A model generated the notes under the pieces. That model was not told the origin of the DNA and ran no database searches. It saw only the letters and a list, made by a program, of their open reading frames with translations. A program made the translations under genes and the position numbers. Positions 1 through 12,129 of a stretch of DNA of 64,000 bases are shown here, piece by piece; within the stretch, counting starts at the first letter, position 1; each line of letters opens with the position of its first letter. The DNA comes from Mactra antiquata (taxonomy: Eukaryota): assembly GCA_047288015.1 (NCBI GenBank), contig CM103826.1:3853510-3917509 (forward strand), read 5' to 3'.

Positions 1-1266
1 CCGAATGTTTTCAAAAGTTATCAATCGGTACTCTTCGGGATTTTTTTCCGTAGCGAGCCAGACATTGGCAGAGTTCTGATGTCACCCTTTTAATTTACAT
101 AAAGACAAATTCATAAGCATAAGTTATTAAATTCAAAATTTGTGTTATTATAATTTCAATGGTAGATAATCAATAAACTTTGACCCCAAATGAATTGAGT
201 GCTCGCGTTCAATTATCAATAATAAACTAGATATTAAGACCATGGTACGCGTTCTTTCATCTATCACCCTGGCTTTTGACACTGAGGTAAAAAGTACTCT
301 GTAATTAGTTCGCGGTGGGCAGAAAAAGTCAATTACAAATTTAGAAAAACATATGTTAATTCTATTTACATATATGTAAGTAAGATACTTGGGTACTTCT
401 TCTTGTTGTTGTAGCGAGTAAAATAGTGCCTGAAATATCGTGTACAGATTCGTACATTACTATAGCATTCCGTACGTTCGTAAACGACATTCTAAAGTGA
501 TAATGCGTACATTTAATGAACCAGGTACATAAGGCTGATGCTAGGTTATTTTAAGTTAATAATAATATATAATCATAATTGTTTACTATGCATTACTAAA
601 GCTTGACTATATTTTAATCCATGCATCAACCTTGTCTTATCTGAAAGCACAAATCGTGCTAGTGAAATACGGGTATTGTTAGTAAAAACCTAAATTGTTA
701 GCCCTTAAAGGCGTCAATCCATCTTACTATGAAAAAGAATATTCCTAATAGAATTAGTATTCCTTATTGACTGATTATTTTCAGGCATTTGGGTATTAGT
801 TAATGATATTTATAAAATCACAGCCAGATGATAAGAGACCGCTTCAATTAATATTATAAACCACCTATGACCCATATGAAGATCTTTAGATAATCCTTGG
901 CATCTAAATAGTGAAAACTTCTTAATCTGTGCTAGCTAGTATTTCATTGTCACTTATATCTGATATTAAATCTCCTCTACGAAGTTTGTAAATTCTATTT
1001 TTGTCACGATTTGAGTATTTATTTTATGCTGAATAAGCAATATTTGGTACCGCTGGGTTACAGCTATTATGGAGGTTTTTGACGGCTGATAATGTTTATT
1101 GTTCTATTATCGTCTTTCATGTAGCCGAGAACTCGTCCAGTACTGGAGGAACTATCAATATTTTGTCTTTTTGTGTTGTGATGGCTGTTTGTACAAAGGT
1201 CATGTGGTTGAAAGTTCAGGATAAAGTACTAAACGCTGGACCAAGTCCGCGCCGTCCTTCCTTTCT

Positions 1267-1565
1267 GGGGGTTGGGTGTAACGCAGTAGCAACACATTGT
1301 ATAGGTCATATCACGGTGGTCAGTCAACCTACGCACTTCTCATGGACAGGCTAAATCTCTTGATTTAGCTGCTCACCAAGCAGTTACTAGGCGCATACTT
1401 CCGTCAGTGACTGACAACTGCCCTATATAATTTAGAATCAGTGGAGGGATGGAGAATGGTCGTATATCATGACCAGGCTCCACAAAAATATTCCCTGCCC
1501 GGGAATCGAACTCGCGACCCCTCAATCACTAGACTTGTGCGTCACCGACTGAGCTAGCCGGGCGG
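1267..1565 (-). mobile_element. tRNA-derived SINE, family A, full length (~295 bp)
   Basis: Reverse complement of the unit seen at 3945-4237. The tRNA-like head is gcccggctagctcagtcggtagcgc...gggttcgatccccgggcgggg. The conserved body is ...ttctacggccattctccctcctaccactgattctaaatcatgtagggcagttgtcagtcactgacggaagtatgcgcctagtaactggttaacagctaaatc...gtgatatgacctatacaatgtgttgctacggcgttaaaccc. Confidence 0.85.
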
Positions 1566-1639
1566 GATACCATCCTTCAATGAATAACATGAAGTATAAT
1601 AATATATTTAACTAATAAAACATGACCTTGAGGGCAATA

Positions 1640-1945
1640 TGCTTGTTTACGGACTGGTTGGTCAGACTGAGGAAGGTATATGGCCCGAAGCGCAGCTGAA
1701 TAGGTCAACTTTTCGCCGTCCCTGGAGAGGCTCATATCTCTTGTAAGCTTTTAGCCAGTACTTAGCAGATATCATCGCCAGTGGCTTAAGGCTGTCCAAT
1801 TTGATACAGCGACAAGAGGACGAATGACCGTAGAAATTATTTGATGACCATACTCCACGTAGGTATGTATATACGTTCCTCTCGGTAATCGAACCTACGA
1901 CCCTGTATCGGTATGTAGACGCATTACCGACTGCGCTAGTCGTGC
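1640..1945 (-). mobile_element. Diverged family A-like tRNA-derived SINE copy
   Basis: tRNA-like head (rc) cggtaatcgaacctacgaccctgtatcgg...gcgctagtcgtgcgg plus the body motif gaccgtagaaattatttgatgaccatactccac. Confidence 0.6.
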
Positions 1946-2460
1946 GGACTTTTGTGATGGGTTTCTGAGTAAATTATCACAGAGCATTGAAGGCATTTTT
2001 TTTCTGAAATGAAAGTTTCATTTATTGTGTGCACTATTTGTTGTTGATAATAATTACTTGTTTACTCCAGAAAAAAACAAAGACAATTCAGTGTGTGTTT
2101 TTCTTTTCAAGTCAATATATGTATACATGTACTTGTTATTTCTGTAGATCTAGTGACTAAATAAGATGTACATGAATTATGTCACAATTATAGTTACGTT
2201 TATGCTAATTTATTTTAGCACTTTTTGAAACAAGTTCTTTCAACTTTTAGGCAATCACTTTAAAGTCTGCTCTCTGGTCTTCGGCAGCATGCAATGAGGA
2301 TAAAGTTTCTTCCGCATGCAAACAAAGGCGTGGGTTTTGGATTGAATTCGAACCAACGCACAGATGGCGAGTCAAATATGACCAGACAAGACATACCCAA
2401 AACATCTCCGTAGTTTCTTTGAACAAGAAGTCAGTATCATACGGAATCCTGATCGTGCCA

Positions 2461-2695
2461 TTTAAAATGTCGCGCTGTCGTCCGTCGAATGACATTGTCG
2501 CGATGTCACTTCGCATTGTCGAGTGTCGATATTTGTATATTTGATCATCGCGACACTCGACGACGCCAAGCGACGCTCGACAATGCGAAGTGACGCTCGA
2601 CAATGCGATACGACACTCGACGATACCAAGCGACGCTCGACAATACGAAACGACGCTCGACAATGCGATACGACACTCGCCGATGCCAAGCGACA
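2461..2695. repeat. Composite inverted and tandem repeat: a left arm of ~70 bp is the reverse complement of a right arm of ~160 bp made of 3-4 tandem units of ~48 bp (cgacactcgacgataccaagcgacgctcgacaatgcgata), separated by an AT-rich loop (atatttgtatatttgat)
   Basis: Sequence ...gtcgcgatgtcacttcgcattgtcgagtgtcgat | atatttgtatatttgat | atcgcgacactcgacgacgccaagcgacgctcgacaatgcgaagtgacgctcgacaatgcgatacgacactcgac... reads symmetrically and can form a long hairpin or cruciform. The periodicity also yields the spurious ORFs on both strands at 2247-2705. Confidence 0.85.
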
Positions 2696-3944
2696 TTTTG
2701 TATAATATAGTATAGCATTATAGCTCGTCAGCAGGTGCTTGAGTAATTTATGTATGAAAAACGAGTGGCATTTAAAAATACTGATTAAAAGCTAGGGTCT
2801 AGAGATCTAAGCTTATCCAGGGACAGTGAGTAGGTTGACTGACCGCCGCGATATGGCTGAAAAATTGTCGAAAAGCAGCGTAAAGCACCAAACATTACCG
2901 TTTTTGCATGACACTTCGGGCAGACACAATTTTAACAGACGGGCTTCTCCAATGTGTAGTATTACTACAGTTGACTCAATATGTAATAAAGCAACCAGTA
3001 ACAGTCTAGATGTGTTCACAATGTCGGGCTAATAAAGAAAAATAAAATTAAAATAAAAAGGCTATTGTAGTTCATAGTCTTTGTTTCATGCTCACTGACT
3101 TTACAGCTATCACCCTGGACATCGGGCTATTGGTCACTGCATGTATCTATCAATCAAGTCTTTCACTCGTGTTATTGTACAGCTGCCAAATGGTTTAACG
3201 GAGTTATACGACACTCGCAGGCACCCATTCACGCTTGGATGAAGTAAAGCAATCACAGGAAAAATTCTTGCTGAAGAAAATTAGCAAGAGGGCTTCGAAT
3301 CTGGGACCTCTCGATCCCTAAGCGCGTTCCTCCACTTGACTTTTGAATCTTACTCCTACACCAGTAGAAAAAACATCAGGACCCTCATGCTTTTAGTTAG
3401 AGACTTATGATACTTGATCTGTGATTGTCGGGTCAAAGGTCCTGCTCTTTGACTACTTGGTGATGGCAGCGACAAAGCTATTTATTTGGGATACATGTAT
3501 ATAAAACGAGAACAAAGTATCATATGTATATATTTATAAAAAACAAATCACAACTACATATATCAGTATCACAAAAGTTCCTAAAAGTGAGCTTGTCGAA
3601 AATCGACGAGCGATGATTAATGAAACGAGCCCTTTAAGTGTGTAGGTATTCCGAACTTTTTTTTCTACTCGTTTTTTTCTTTACACATATTCATTCTATA
3701 ATTATACAATATACAAAGGCATACTATATGGTGACATATTTCTGTCACCAGATAACCACAAATTCACAAGTTAGATAAGTGGTTAACTAGTTACGTAACT
3801 AGATAAACACTAACCAGTTATCGATTTTTGGATTAGCGATAAGTGATTAACTCTTTACTTAACTAGTTAACATCATAAATAACAAGTTAATTAAGTAAGT
3901 AACGAGTTACGTATCTAGTTAACCTCTTAACTTATTTACTACCC

Positions 3945-4237
3945 GCCCGGCTAGCTCAGTCGGTAGCGCGCAAGTCTACTGATCGAGGGGTCGTGGGTTC
4001 GATCCCCGGGCGGGGCATACTTTCGTGGAGCATGGTCATGAAATTTTTTCTACGGTCATTCTCCCTCCTACCACTGATTCTAAATCATGTAGGGCAGTTG
4101 TCAGTCACTGACGGAAGTATGCGCCTAGTAACTGGTTAACAGCTAAATCCAGAGATTTAGCCTTTCCAGGAACGGTGAGTAGGTTGGCTGACCGCCGTGA
4201 TATGACCTATACAATGTGTTGCTACGGCGTTAAACCC
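3945..4237 (+). mobile_element. tRNA-derived SINE, family A, full length
   Basis: Head gcccggctagctcagtcggtagcgcgcaagtctactgatcgaggggtcgtgggttcgatccccgggcggggca followed by the conserved body, ending ...gctacggcgttaaaccc. There are at least 7 near-identical copies in the window, so this is a retroposon and not a tRNA gene. Confidence 0.9.
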
Positions 4238-4503
4238 AAACAATCAATCAATCAATCTTAACTTATTTGTTAGTTAATATATGGTTATCTGTTGACAGAA
4301 ATATGCCACCAATATTATATGAGGAGAAGTACAAAATTTCAAAAAGTTTTGCCCACAAATTCTCACAACTATTACTAACAGTTTTCCAATAACCGACATT
4401 CTCGTACCAAGAGGTTAAATCTAGGTTATTTATCTTGACCCTATGTTTTGATAACCTCTGGGTTCCGAGAATGACAACCGAGGGTCTTCATATACATATA
4501 TCA

Positions 4504-4677
4504 AATACAGTAAAGTTCCGCTTTAAAGACCACTTTTGTTATTTCAAAATCACACGATTTTTGTCAATTATTAAGACCCAAATGCTTAATTTGTGAAGAA
4601 AAGGGTCCCTCTAATAAGACCGTTTCGCTATTAAGACCATCGGTTTTGCTGGTCTTAATAGCGGAACTTTACTGTAT
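4504..4677. mobile_element. MITE family 1 (~170 bp), Tc1/mariner-like, with ~23-bp terminal inverted repeats cagtaaagttccgctattaagac and TA flanks
   Basis: Sequence TAcagtaaagttccgctttaaagacc...ggtcttaatagcggaactttactgTA. Two further copies lie at 29150-29322 and 58086-58251. Confidence 0.85.
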
Positions 4678-5761
4678 AATAGTTCCAATTATTTGCAGGC
4701 TAAAGTTAATCACCGCCATCAGTGGTTGTTGTAGAAAGCATTGTTGTTGTAGTCATGTTTGTTCCGGCTGAAAGTAGAATTAAATTGTATATAAATACAT
4801 GTATAAGTGATTTACGTATTTGGTTAGTTTGCCCTGGTGTTAAACACCATTTGTATTGTATGTTATGGTCAAACCAGGTTTATTATGGCAATTGGCTCAT
4901 CCAACCATTTATTCTAGTTTGTATTCTAATCAGTTCTGAATGCACGTGCTGAAAGAGCTGGGAGCATCAATGTATGTGGTGTAAACACTATCTTTTACAT
5001 CCGGTTTGGCCGGAGTAACGGTGTAGGCCTATGAAGGCGGCAAAACTGCCAGTATATCTGTGTAAAAACACGCCTTATAAAAAACGAACGAATTTCGGAC
5101 GTACACCATACACTTTAGGGCATATGCCATCCGGGTTACTATAGCACGCGTAAATCGTACGCATGATATGCGTGCGTAAGGTACGTCGTATGTATTACAC
5201 ACAGGCGCGTAAATCGAACGTACGTAATGCGCGATATATCGTAACTAAAGTATTATCTGAATATGCATATTTTTACCTGGCACGCATCTACGTCCGCCAA
5301 GTTCAACAAAGCCTGGACTACATTCACACACTTCATTTACACATCTTGAGTTTGGTACAAAATGGGAACAATCACAGTCTTTGACACACTCCACATCTCC
5401 ATCGTGTAAAACTGAAATATTCAATATTTAAATTTAGTCTTGGTTCGTTTGTTTACAAGGATCGGCTCTCCTGACCAGCTTTCTTTAGCTCTCTTCGTCC
5501 AATGCTCTAAGCACTGGATCACGGCTGTGCTACATAAGTCTACCAAATGTGGACTTGATTTATGAAAAGACAACGTTCGCTGGTCTCATACGAATTGTTA
5601 AGGGGGTAACAACAATACTTTTACATAATTAATAATATAATTATTGTGACAATTATTAACACTGAAGGTGGTTGGAGCAAATAAAATAATGTTTGGCTTT
5701 TGGTATAGTCATTTTCCAGTATATTCCTTGAAAATTAGACGCTGGTCACTGTATTTTACAG

Positions 5762-5985
5762 CCGCGGCCGTGGGGTAGTGGTTAGCATGTCTGACTTCGA
5801 ATCCAGACATGGCGGGGTCGAGCCTGGTCGCGGTAGGTCATACCCTATACATGAGTTGTCGGCCTCTGGTAGGGTAAGTTTGTACTGGTGATAGAAAGTG
5901 TCCAGGAAACCTATAGTAGGAAGAGCTGGCCGTCGTATATATGACCTAAATATGTGTTGAATGCGACGTTAAACCCAATAAAACA
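5762..5985 (+). mobile_element. tRNA-derived SINE, family E (~220 bp)
   Basis: Sequence gccgcggccgtggggtagtggttagcatgtctgacttcgaatccagacatggcggggtcgagcctggtcgcggtaggtcataccc...gtgtccaggaaacctatagtaggaagagctggccgtcgtatatatgacc...gacgttaaaccc. A second copy lies at 34050-34265. Confidence 0.85.
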
Positions 5986-6294
5986 AAAACAAACAAAAAA
6001 CTTTATTTCACGGTACTGAACTATCTTACCATGAGTACAAAGGAAATTCCGTATGTTATGGTAACCGTCCTTACAAACACACGCCTTCTTTTGTAAATCA
6101 CAGGTAGCATGCCGCAGTTCATTTCTACAATCTTCTTCGCGGACACAAAAATCCCCAACCCCTGAAAATCATGGACAATTAAGAATTAAAACTGTTTTCA
6201 TACTTCATATAGTCCGATACTTCCGATACTTCAATTCAATATTTTATTAAACTCGTTTTCCATTGTAAGCGATAACGAAGTTCGCCATATTTCT

Positions 6295-6650
6295 AAATTT
6301 TAAAAGGTTTTAAAAGGAGATTCGGTGAAAAACAACAACATGCAATATTTGCTCATAAATATTTATTAGGTAGGCGTGACCATCTTCATATGAGTTTTAT
6401 ATTGTCTAATGTCTAGGACAATGTGCATTGAATTTTTAAATTACGTTTTTAATTTGTAATTTATGTTTCTTATAACAAAGAAATTAGCAATGCACAAATT
6501 AATTAAGTCATTATGACGTCATTGTGATGTCATAAGAAGCTTATATTTCGTTAATAATCAGGCAAATTTAAAATTCATGTCAACTTTTTGTTTCTTTACT
6601 GACGTCCTATCAGTTAATATTAAATTGTTTTTGTGGCTGAATCTTCCCTT
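6295..6650. mobile_element. MITE family 3 (~350-450 bp), with terminal inverted repeats ggggagattc / gaatctcccc and an internal palindrome tgacgtcattgtgatgtcat
   Basis: Sequence aaaaggagattcggtgaaaaac...agcaatgcacaaattaattaag..attatgacgtcattgtgatgtcataagaag...gaatcttccctttac. Copies lie at 45840-46285 (glucanase intron 2) and 62745-63250. Confidence 0.75.
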
Positions 6651-7789
6651 TACGATAGAAGTGGTGATACAGTAACGTCTGGTACCAACGCTCTAAAACT
6701 TGAGAACAGACTTCAAGCTCAAAGCTCGGTTTCGTTCTCAAGATATTTATTTGTAAATAAGGGGTCATATTTGAAATTTTTAATATTTTGAAATTGGTGT
6801 TCAAATAATCATCTATGCTACAATTAATTAATTCATAGTTTTATGTTAATGAAAAAAAATGGTTTTTGAGCATAGACTAGAGACTACTCTTAAGTTACAT
6901 AACCTTGGGCACTGTGTGGTTTTATTAACCCATCGCTCGCCGATTTTTCGATGATGTGCTGCCGATTTTAAATCTCATGGCCGGTTGCGGATCATCAAAG
7001 CGTACACAGTGACATCGGACAGTTTTATCTACATTCCAAATGTCTTGGACAACGTCCGTGCACCTGCTAGTGGCTATTATTGTCTTAAAATCTGCGATGA
7101 TGATGAAAATTTGCGAGCGATATTTTAAAGATGATGAAACGAGCCCTTAAACTCCTACCTATGGATCTAAAGTACTGGGTTGTACACTCCTGTTGACGGA
7201 TACAAATCCCACATGCACTTGTGGCGGTCATTTTGTAAAGATAGTGATTGGATAAATTCGGGTAGGAAAAATCCATAAGAGAGCCGATTTATGTTCAAAT
7301 ACGAGAATTCTATCTCCTGGAGTCTAACCGCTTGAGCAGAGATAGCGTCTTAACTTGGTGGTTTTAAATGCAAATCAGAAATCACGTGATCAGGTGATGT
7401 ATATTTCAATAATTAGTCTAAATAAATGGTTCTGTCGATGAGCATGAGTACTTTTGGCTCCTATGACTTGATATGCAGTTTTTATATGATTCCCCTTGAA
7501 CGTTTTCACAAAATATGTTCAAATACATGATAATGCATGAATACTTACATTGTGAATATGATGACGTCACGACAAGAATTGTCAAAACTAAAATATACAT
7601 CATCTGAAAATATATACAACATACTCTGTAATAAACAAACAATGAATTGAAAGGAACAAGTTGGCCACTTATCAAGGTGACTCCTTAATACATGGGTATA
7701 TCAATAAAACATATATTGAACTCAAAATATTGAATTTCAATCGTTGAATATGTCAAACAATTTCTTTGTAATACTAAATTTGTTCTACC

Positions 7790-8033
7790 CGAGTCCATGG
7801 CGCTGCAGGCGAACGGATGGCTGGTTTGAGCCTCACACGGGCTGGTAATACCCTTCCATTAATATCCGACAATAATGTTGATTTTCCTCCATTATTAAGT
7901 TATATGGTGAATGTGTCGGCCTTATGGAAGGTTATGTGAGTAGTAGTTATAGACAAAGGTCAAGGAAAGCTAGGGTAAGTGAGCTGGCCGCCGTAAATGA
8001 CGATGATTTGTGTTGACGCAGCGTTCAATCTTT
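7790..8033 (+). mobile_element. SINE, family D (~250 bp)
   Basis: Shared unit: tRNA-like head gcgcaggatttcgaatccagtgtcccgaaggggtcgctggttcaagcctcacctgggctggttataccc plus body ttccatgaaaattcaacaat(t/a)atgttgattttcctccattaatag...gtcagccttgtggaagggtaggtgagtactg...ggaaagctaggttaagtgagctggccgccgtaaaatgac...tgtgttgac. At least 9 copies occur in the window. Confidence 0.85.
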
Positions 8034-8524
8034 AAAAAAAGGAATGTGTTCTAAAAAGGGAACATTTGTTTAAAATAATTAACATACTTCATGTTAGTGG
8101 ATGGCACGTACATGCACGCCAAATTGTTTTGCTTTTGTTTTCGATGGGAGTTTGTGATAGAGGTTTTGATGAATATGTGCGTTAAATAAACGTGATGCAT
8201 TGGAGGTTACTTCTTGACCGAACAGTGTGCCCTAAATTCAAAATACAACGACCAATAATTGGCAAAGTTTTACGTGTAAGCAACACCGAAAGCATATTCC
8301 AGTAATACATTAACAATCATTGGCGCAACCGGACAATGAAAATGGTCATTTTAGAATTTTGGATATCAAAAATAGTTCAATTAATTAGATTACATATACT
8401 TTAAGCTGATAAGTATATAGCGACGACAGAATCTAGGCTCATATCCGTTCTTGAAGGCGTGAATATAATTATGATGTAATCTGCAAATCTGCAAATTGAA
8501 ACTTAGCGCATTTGTAATTAAAGT

Positions 8525-8870
8525 CACTCGCTCACAGATTTGTTTTTTTTCTATATTTTGAAATTACATGTCCGTGTTTGTAATTGTGTTAAGAAAATGA
8601 ATTCTTAATATTCTAAGAAAAACTGACTAAGAGATCGTGAGAAATGTAAGATAAAAGTCACAAAACAATGCTTAAAAATCTATACCGTTACTAACGGGGT
8701 AAGTTTTAATGCAAAAAATCACAATATTTTACAGCTGTATGTTAATTTGCATTAAAATTGTCATTATCAGAACACTGCTTTACTGTTTCCAAAATGTTTC
8801 TATACAATTTTGAGAGTTTTAGAAAAGTTGATATCTAAGTTGAAATCTGTGAATAAGCAACTTTAAGGAA
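8525..8870 (+). repeat. Dispersed ~345-bp repeat, copy 1; copy 2 lies at 47673-48020
   Basis: About 85% identity over ...cacagatttg.ttttttt...aaattac.tgtc.gtgtttgtaattgt..taagaaaat.aattcttaatattctaaga.aaactgac...ctataccgttactaacgg...gcattaaaattgtcattatcagaacactgctttactgtttccaaaatgtttctatacaattttgagagttttagaaa.gttgatat.taagttgaaatctgtgaa. Confidence 0.85.
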
Positions 8871-8997
8871 TACAAATTCTAAATGAAAACAATGTTTTAT
8901 GTCTATTGAAACTTGCTTCTACATTGTAACTTATCAACATGTCAGCCTGTTTATTATGTTAATGCAGACTTTTTTATGGATTCATTTAAAACTGATA

Positions 8998-9238
8998 CAG
9001 TGCCCTCCAAAAGTTTTAGACATATAAAAATTTTAAGGAAAACCGCTCATGCATACTACAAGTAGTTTTTCTATAAACAAAACACACTTATTTAACATAG
9101 TGTGACTCGTACTGTATGTTGTTACACTAACTGATGCTAACTTTGGAATTTGCTTAGATGACTCTTAGTTTCTTACTTTATGTGATTTGTTTTATCTTAA
9201 GAACAAGACTTTTGTCTCAGAACTTTTGGAGGGCACTG
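8998..9238. mobile_element. MITE family 2 (~240 bp) with ~22-bp terminal inverted repeats cagtgccctccaaaagttttag and TA flanks
   Basis: Sequence gaTAcagtgccctccaaaagttttagacatat...gtctcagaacttttggagggcactgTAtc; the termini are perfect reverse complements. Confidence 0.85.
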
Positions 9239-9381
9239 TATCTTTTCATATGAAATGGAGGTAATAATTAATTCCCATTGTCTGTTTTTGTTTAAATAAT
9301 TTTGCAACCAAAGTTATGTAACGCATCGTATCCATGCAAAATGGTTAACATACTGTACTGAATAAAATTATTGTGAAGCCC

Positions 9382-9669
9382 ACCCGGCTAGCTCAGTCGG
9401 TAGCGCACAAGTCTACTGATCGAGGGGTCGTGGGTTCGATTCCCGGGTGGGGCATACTAGAGATTGGTTATGAAATAATTTCTACGGCCATTCTCCCTCC
9501 TACCACTGATTCTAAATCATGTTGGGCAGTTGTCTGTCACTGACGGAAGTATGCGCCTAGTAACTGGTTAACAGCTAAATCAAGAGATTTAGCCTTTCCA
9601 GGAACGGTAAGTAGGTTGACTGGCCGCCGTGATATGACCAATACAATGTGTTGCTACGGCGTTAAACCT
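9382..9669 (+). mobile_element. tRNA-derived SINE, family A
   Basis: About 95% identical to 3945-4237. Confidence 0.9.
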
Positions 9670-9896
9670 AAATAAAATAAAATTATTATGTTTTGTACGC
9701 ATAAACTGTTATTGACCACTAGGGATTGTATACCTAAAAATAAAAGAATATCTTACTTCTTTCTCCATGTTGTTTATGAATTAGAACTCCACACACTTCG
9801 ATCTTTGATATCAATTGAATCTAGTATAGCAGTCAAGATAAAGTAATGGTTAGAGATAAAGACTGGATAAATATTAAAATCGAGGGTCGTTCAATC

Positions 9897-10135
9897 AATT
9901 GATCAGTAGAATATTTTTGGTTGGGTTTAACGCCGTGTCAACACAAATTAAGGTCATTTTACGGCGGCCAGCTTACCTAACTTAGCTTTCCTGGACCCTT
10001 ATCTATTACCAGTACTCACACACCCTTCCACAAGGCCGACAACTTCTCCATATGCCTTATTAATGGTGAAAAATCGACATTATTGTCGAATTTTCATGGA
10101 AGGATTTGATCAGTAGATACTCGAGGCTAAATCTT
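9897..10135 (-). mobile_element. SINE, family D
   Basis: Reverse-complement copy running gggtttaacgccgtgtcaacacaaattaaggtcattttacggcggccagcttacctaacttagctttcctggaccc... Confidence 0.85.
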
Positions 10136-12129
10136 TTTACCTGCACGCCTAGTATCTTATGTATTGTCCAGTTTTATTAACCTGTCACATAGGATTATAA
10201 TTTCACGATTAGTACACGTGGATTATACACACTCTAAAGTATGTATGTTTGACAGGTCAATAAAATTGAACAATACGTTTATTATATTCGATCAAGTGGC
10301 CAAAAACATTCAATATAATATGAATGAAGATCATGAATCACGGAAATCCCCTAGTTGCTATAAATAGGAAATATAAACCATAGTGACAAATAAACAAATC
10401 GCAGACTTCGTTGCTCGACGGTTTGGTTTTATACTCAAGGTATTACAAATACATATATAATGTAGTTTTGTTCATTCTTTTTGATACACTTACACAAAAA
10501 TCATATTTTTATTTGAATAAACATCAGTTTGGTATATGCTTAAATGTCTACTGATTGAGACTGGGCCGAAATCGGCATTTTAAAGCTAAAATCAAAAGAG
10601 GGATTTGAAAATATGTTTATTTCATCATTGTTAATGTGCGAGAAACTAAACTCGGTCGGAGTAATCCCTGTGCAATTGTCTGTTGGAAATAGACGTTTCA
10701 ACCAAATCCCCGGTTACTATGGTAATGCTCGAGGGGAGCAAATTTGGCAAAAATGCTATTTTTGTAGTCCTTCTTCCCCAAATTGGCATTTTAGATAGTT
10801 GTTTTCCCCAAATTTGAATCGTAAACTGCTTTTACTAAAGGCTGCTTACTCATCACTCATTTGCACCATTCGCCAGCACACAGTAACCTTGATGTTTCTC
10901 TATCGATGAGGGGCGTTTCTCTATCCCCTTCAAACTCTAGGAAAAGATGGGCACACCCCCTCTGCACATCCCCTGAGGTATATTTTTATGCCAAGGTACA
11001 CGAACAAATTTCTTGTTTTTTTCAGCAGTTTCGCTTCAATTAAATTCTTTAATTCTGCAATATGCAAAATGTGCAAGTCCAGAGGAGACGATAATTCTGT
11101 TTAGGGACACGTACAATGTACAACATGTAACGCCGTGGCATTTGGCTGTATAGGGTTAAACACTTCACAGTGCGGCCTTTATCTTCTTCCATAGTTTGTT
11201 AAAAGCACAATGTGTTAATAAATAGAGACAAGAGAAGTAGGTTCTAGACTGTACAGTATCAAATTAAAAATATTTGGTTCAATATTTCAACAATTAATTA
11301 GAAGCAAATATTGAATATCGAAATTTGTGTACAACTCACAATTTTAAAAGGCAGAGAAGCATGAAGCTGATTACAAACATAGCATTATGGTGACTGTGTA
11401 GTTTTAACATGTTTAGCACATCATATTTAAAACAGCGTGTCAATGAGAAGTTGGTATCATAATTTGTAAGATATGGTATGGGTCGAGGATTCCCTGGTAC
11501 GAAATCACATGTTCCGTAATAAAAGTATCGGCATTCATTGATTTTATCATAAACTAATTTATTCGAACGCTCTTGATTTTATCAAAACAAACTTTTTTGC
11601 TCGCGTACATCTCCGAGTTCATCGCATGAGGATAAAACGATCCGCTACTAGTACTGCGAATAGACGTTTCGTCCCTGGACATAAATCTCTAAAACGTTAT
11701 GGGACCCGGGACCCCTGGATCTCCTCGAAAAATAAAATATAATTAAAAGCACTTTGAAACTTCAGATGGCTTCATTGAATAATTATATTATAAGGAACTC
11801 TAATATGATTTATTTGATGCTATGCGCTCTATACATAACCATTATTTGACGTCAATATACATGTATATCTTGACACACTAATGCATATAGTTTATTTTAA
11901 TTGTATTACATGTATACTTCATTTCATTTAATAGTTGTTGAGATAATATTCTACTATGACGAGGATATCAATTTAGAACAAAGCAAATTCTGTCATGTCA
12001 TTTTCCATCCTTGATGATTTTGACAATGTATTATATTTCAGTAATGTTATTATTTGTAATTGTCTTTAGTTGCTTGTTTTCTTGCATAACTATGATAAAA
12101 TATGTTCTTTATAATTTTTTATATGTATG

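Noticed and set aside
2247-2705. ORFs of 149, 75 and 60 aa on both strands with repetitive Arg, Ser, Cys and Val-rich peptides
   Set aside because: They are generated by the inverted and tandem 48-bp repeat at 2461-2695, and the same sequence is open on both strands.
3945-4020. Apparent tRNA gene (gcccggctagctcagtcggtagcgc...gggttcgatccccgggcggggca), with similar heads at 9382, 31964, 41941(-), 1500(-), 5762, 34050, 25650 and elsewhere
   Set aside because: Every such tRNA-like segment is followed by the same 150-220-bp non-tRNA body and recurs many times, and the anticodon arm is distorted. These are SINE heads, not functional tRNA genes. I could not find a convincing stand-alone tRNA.
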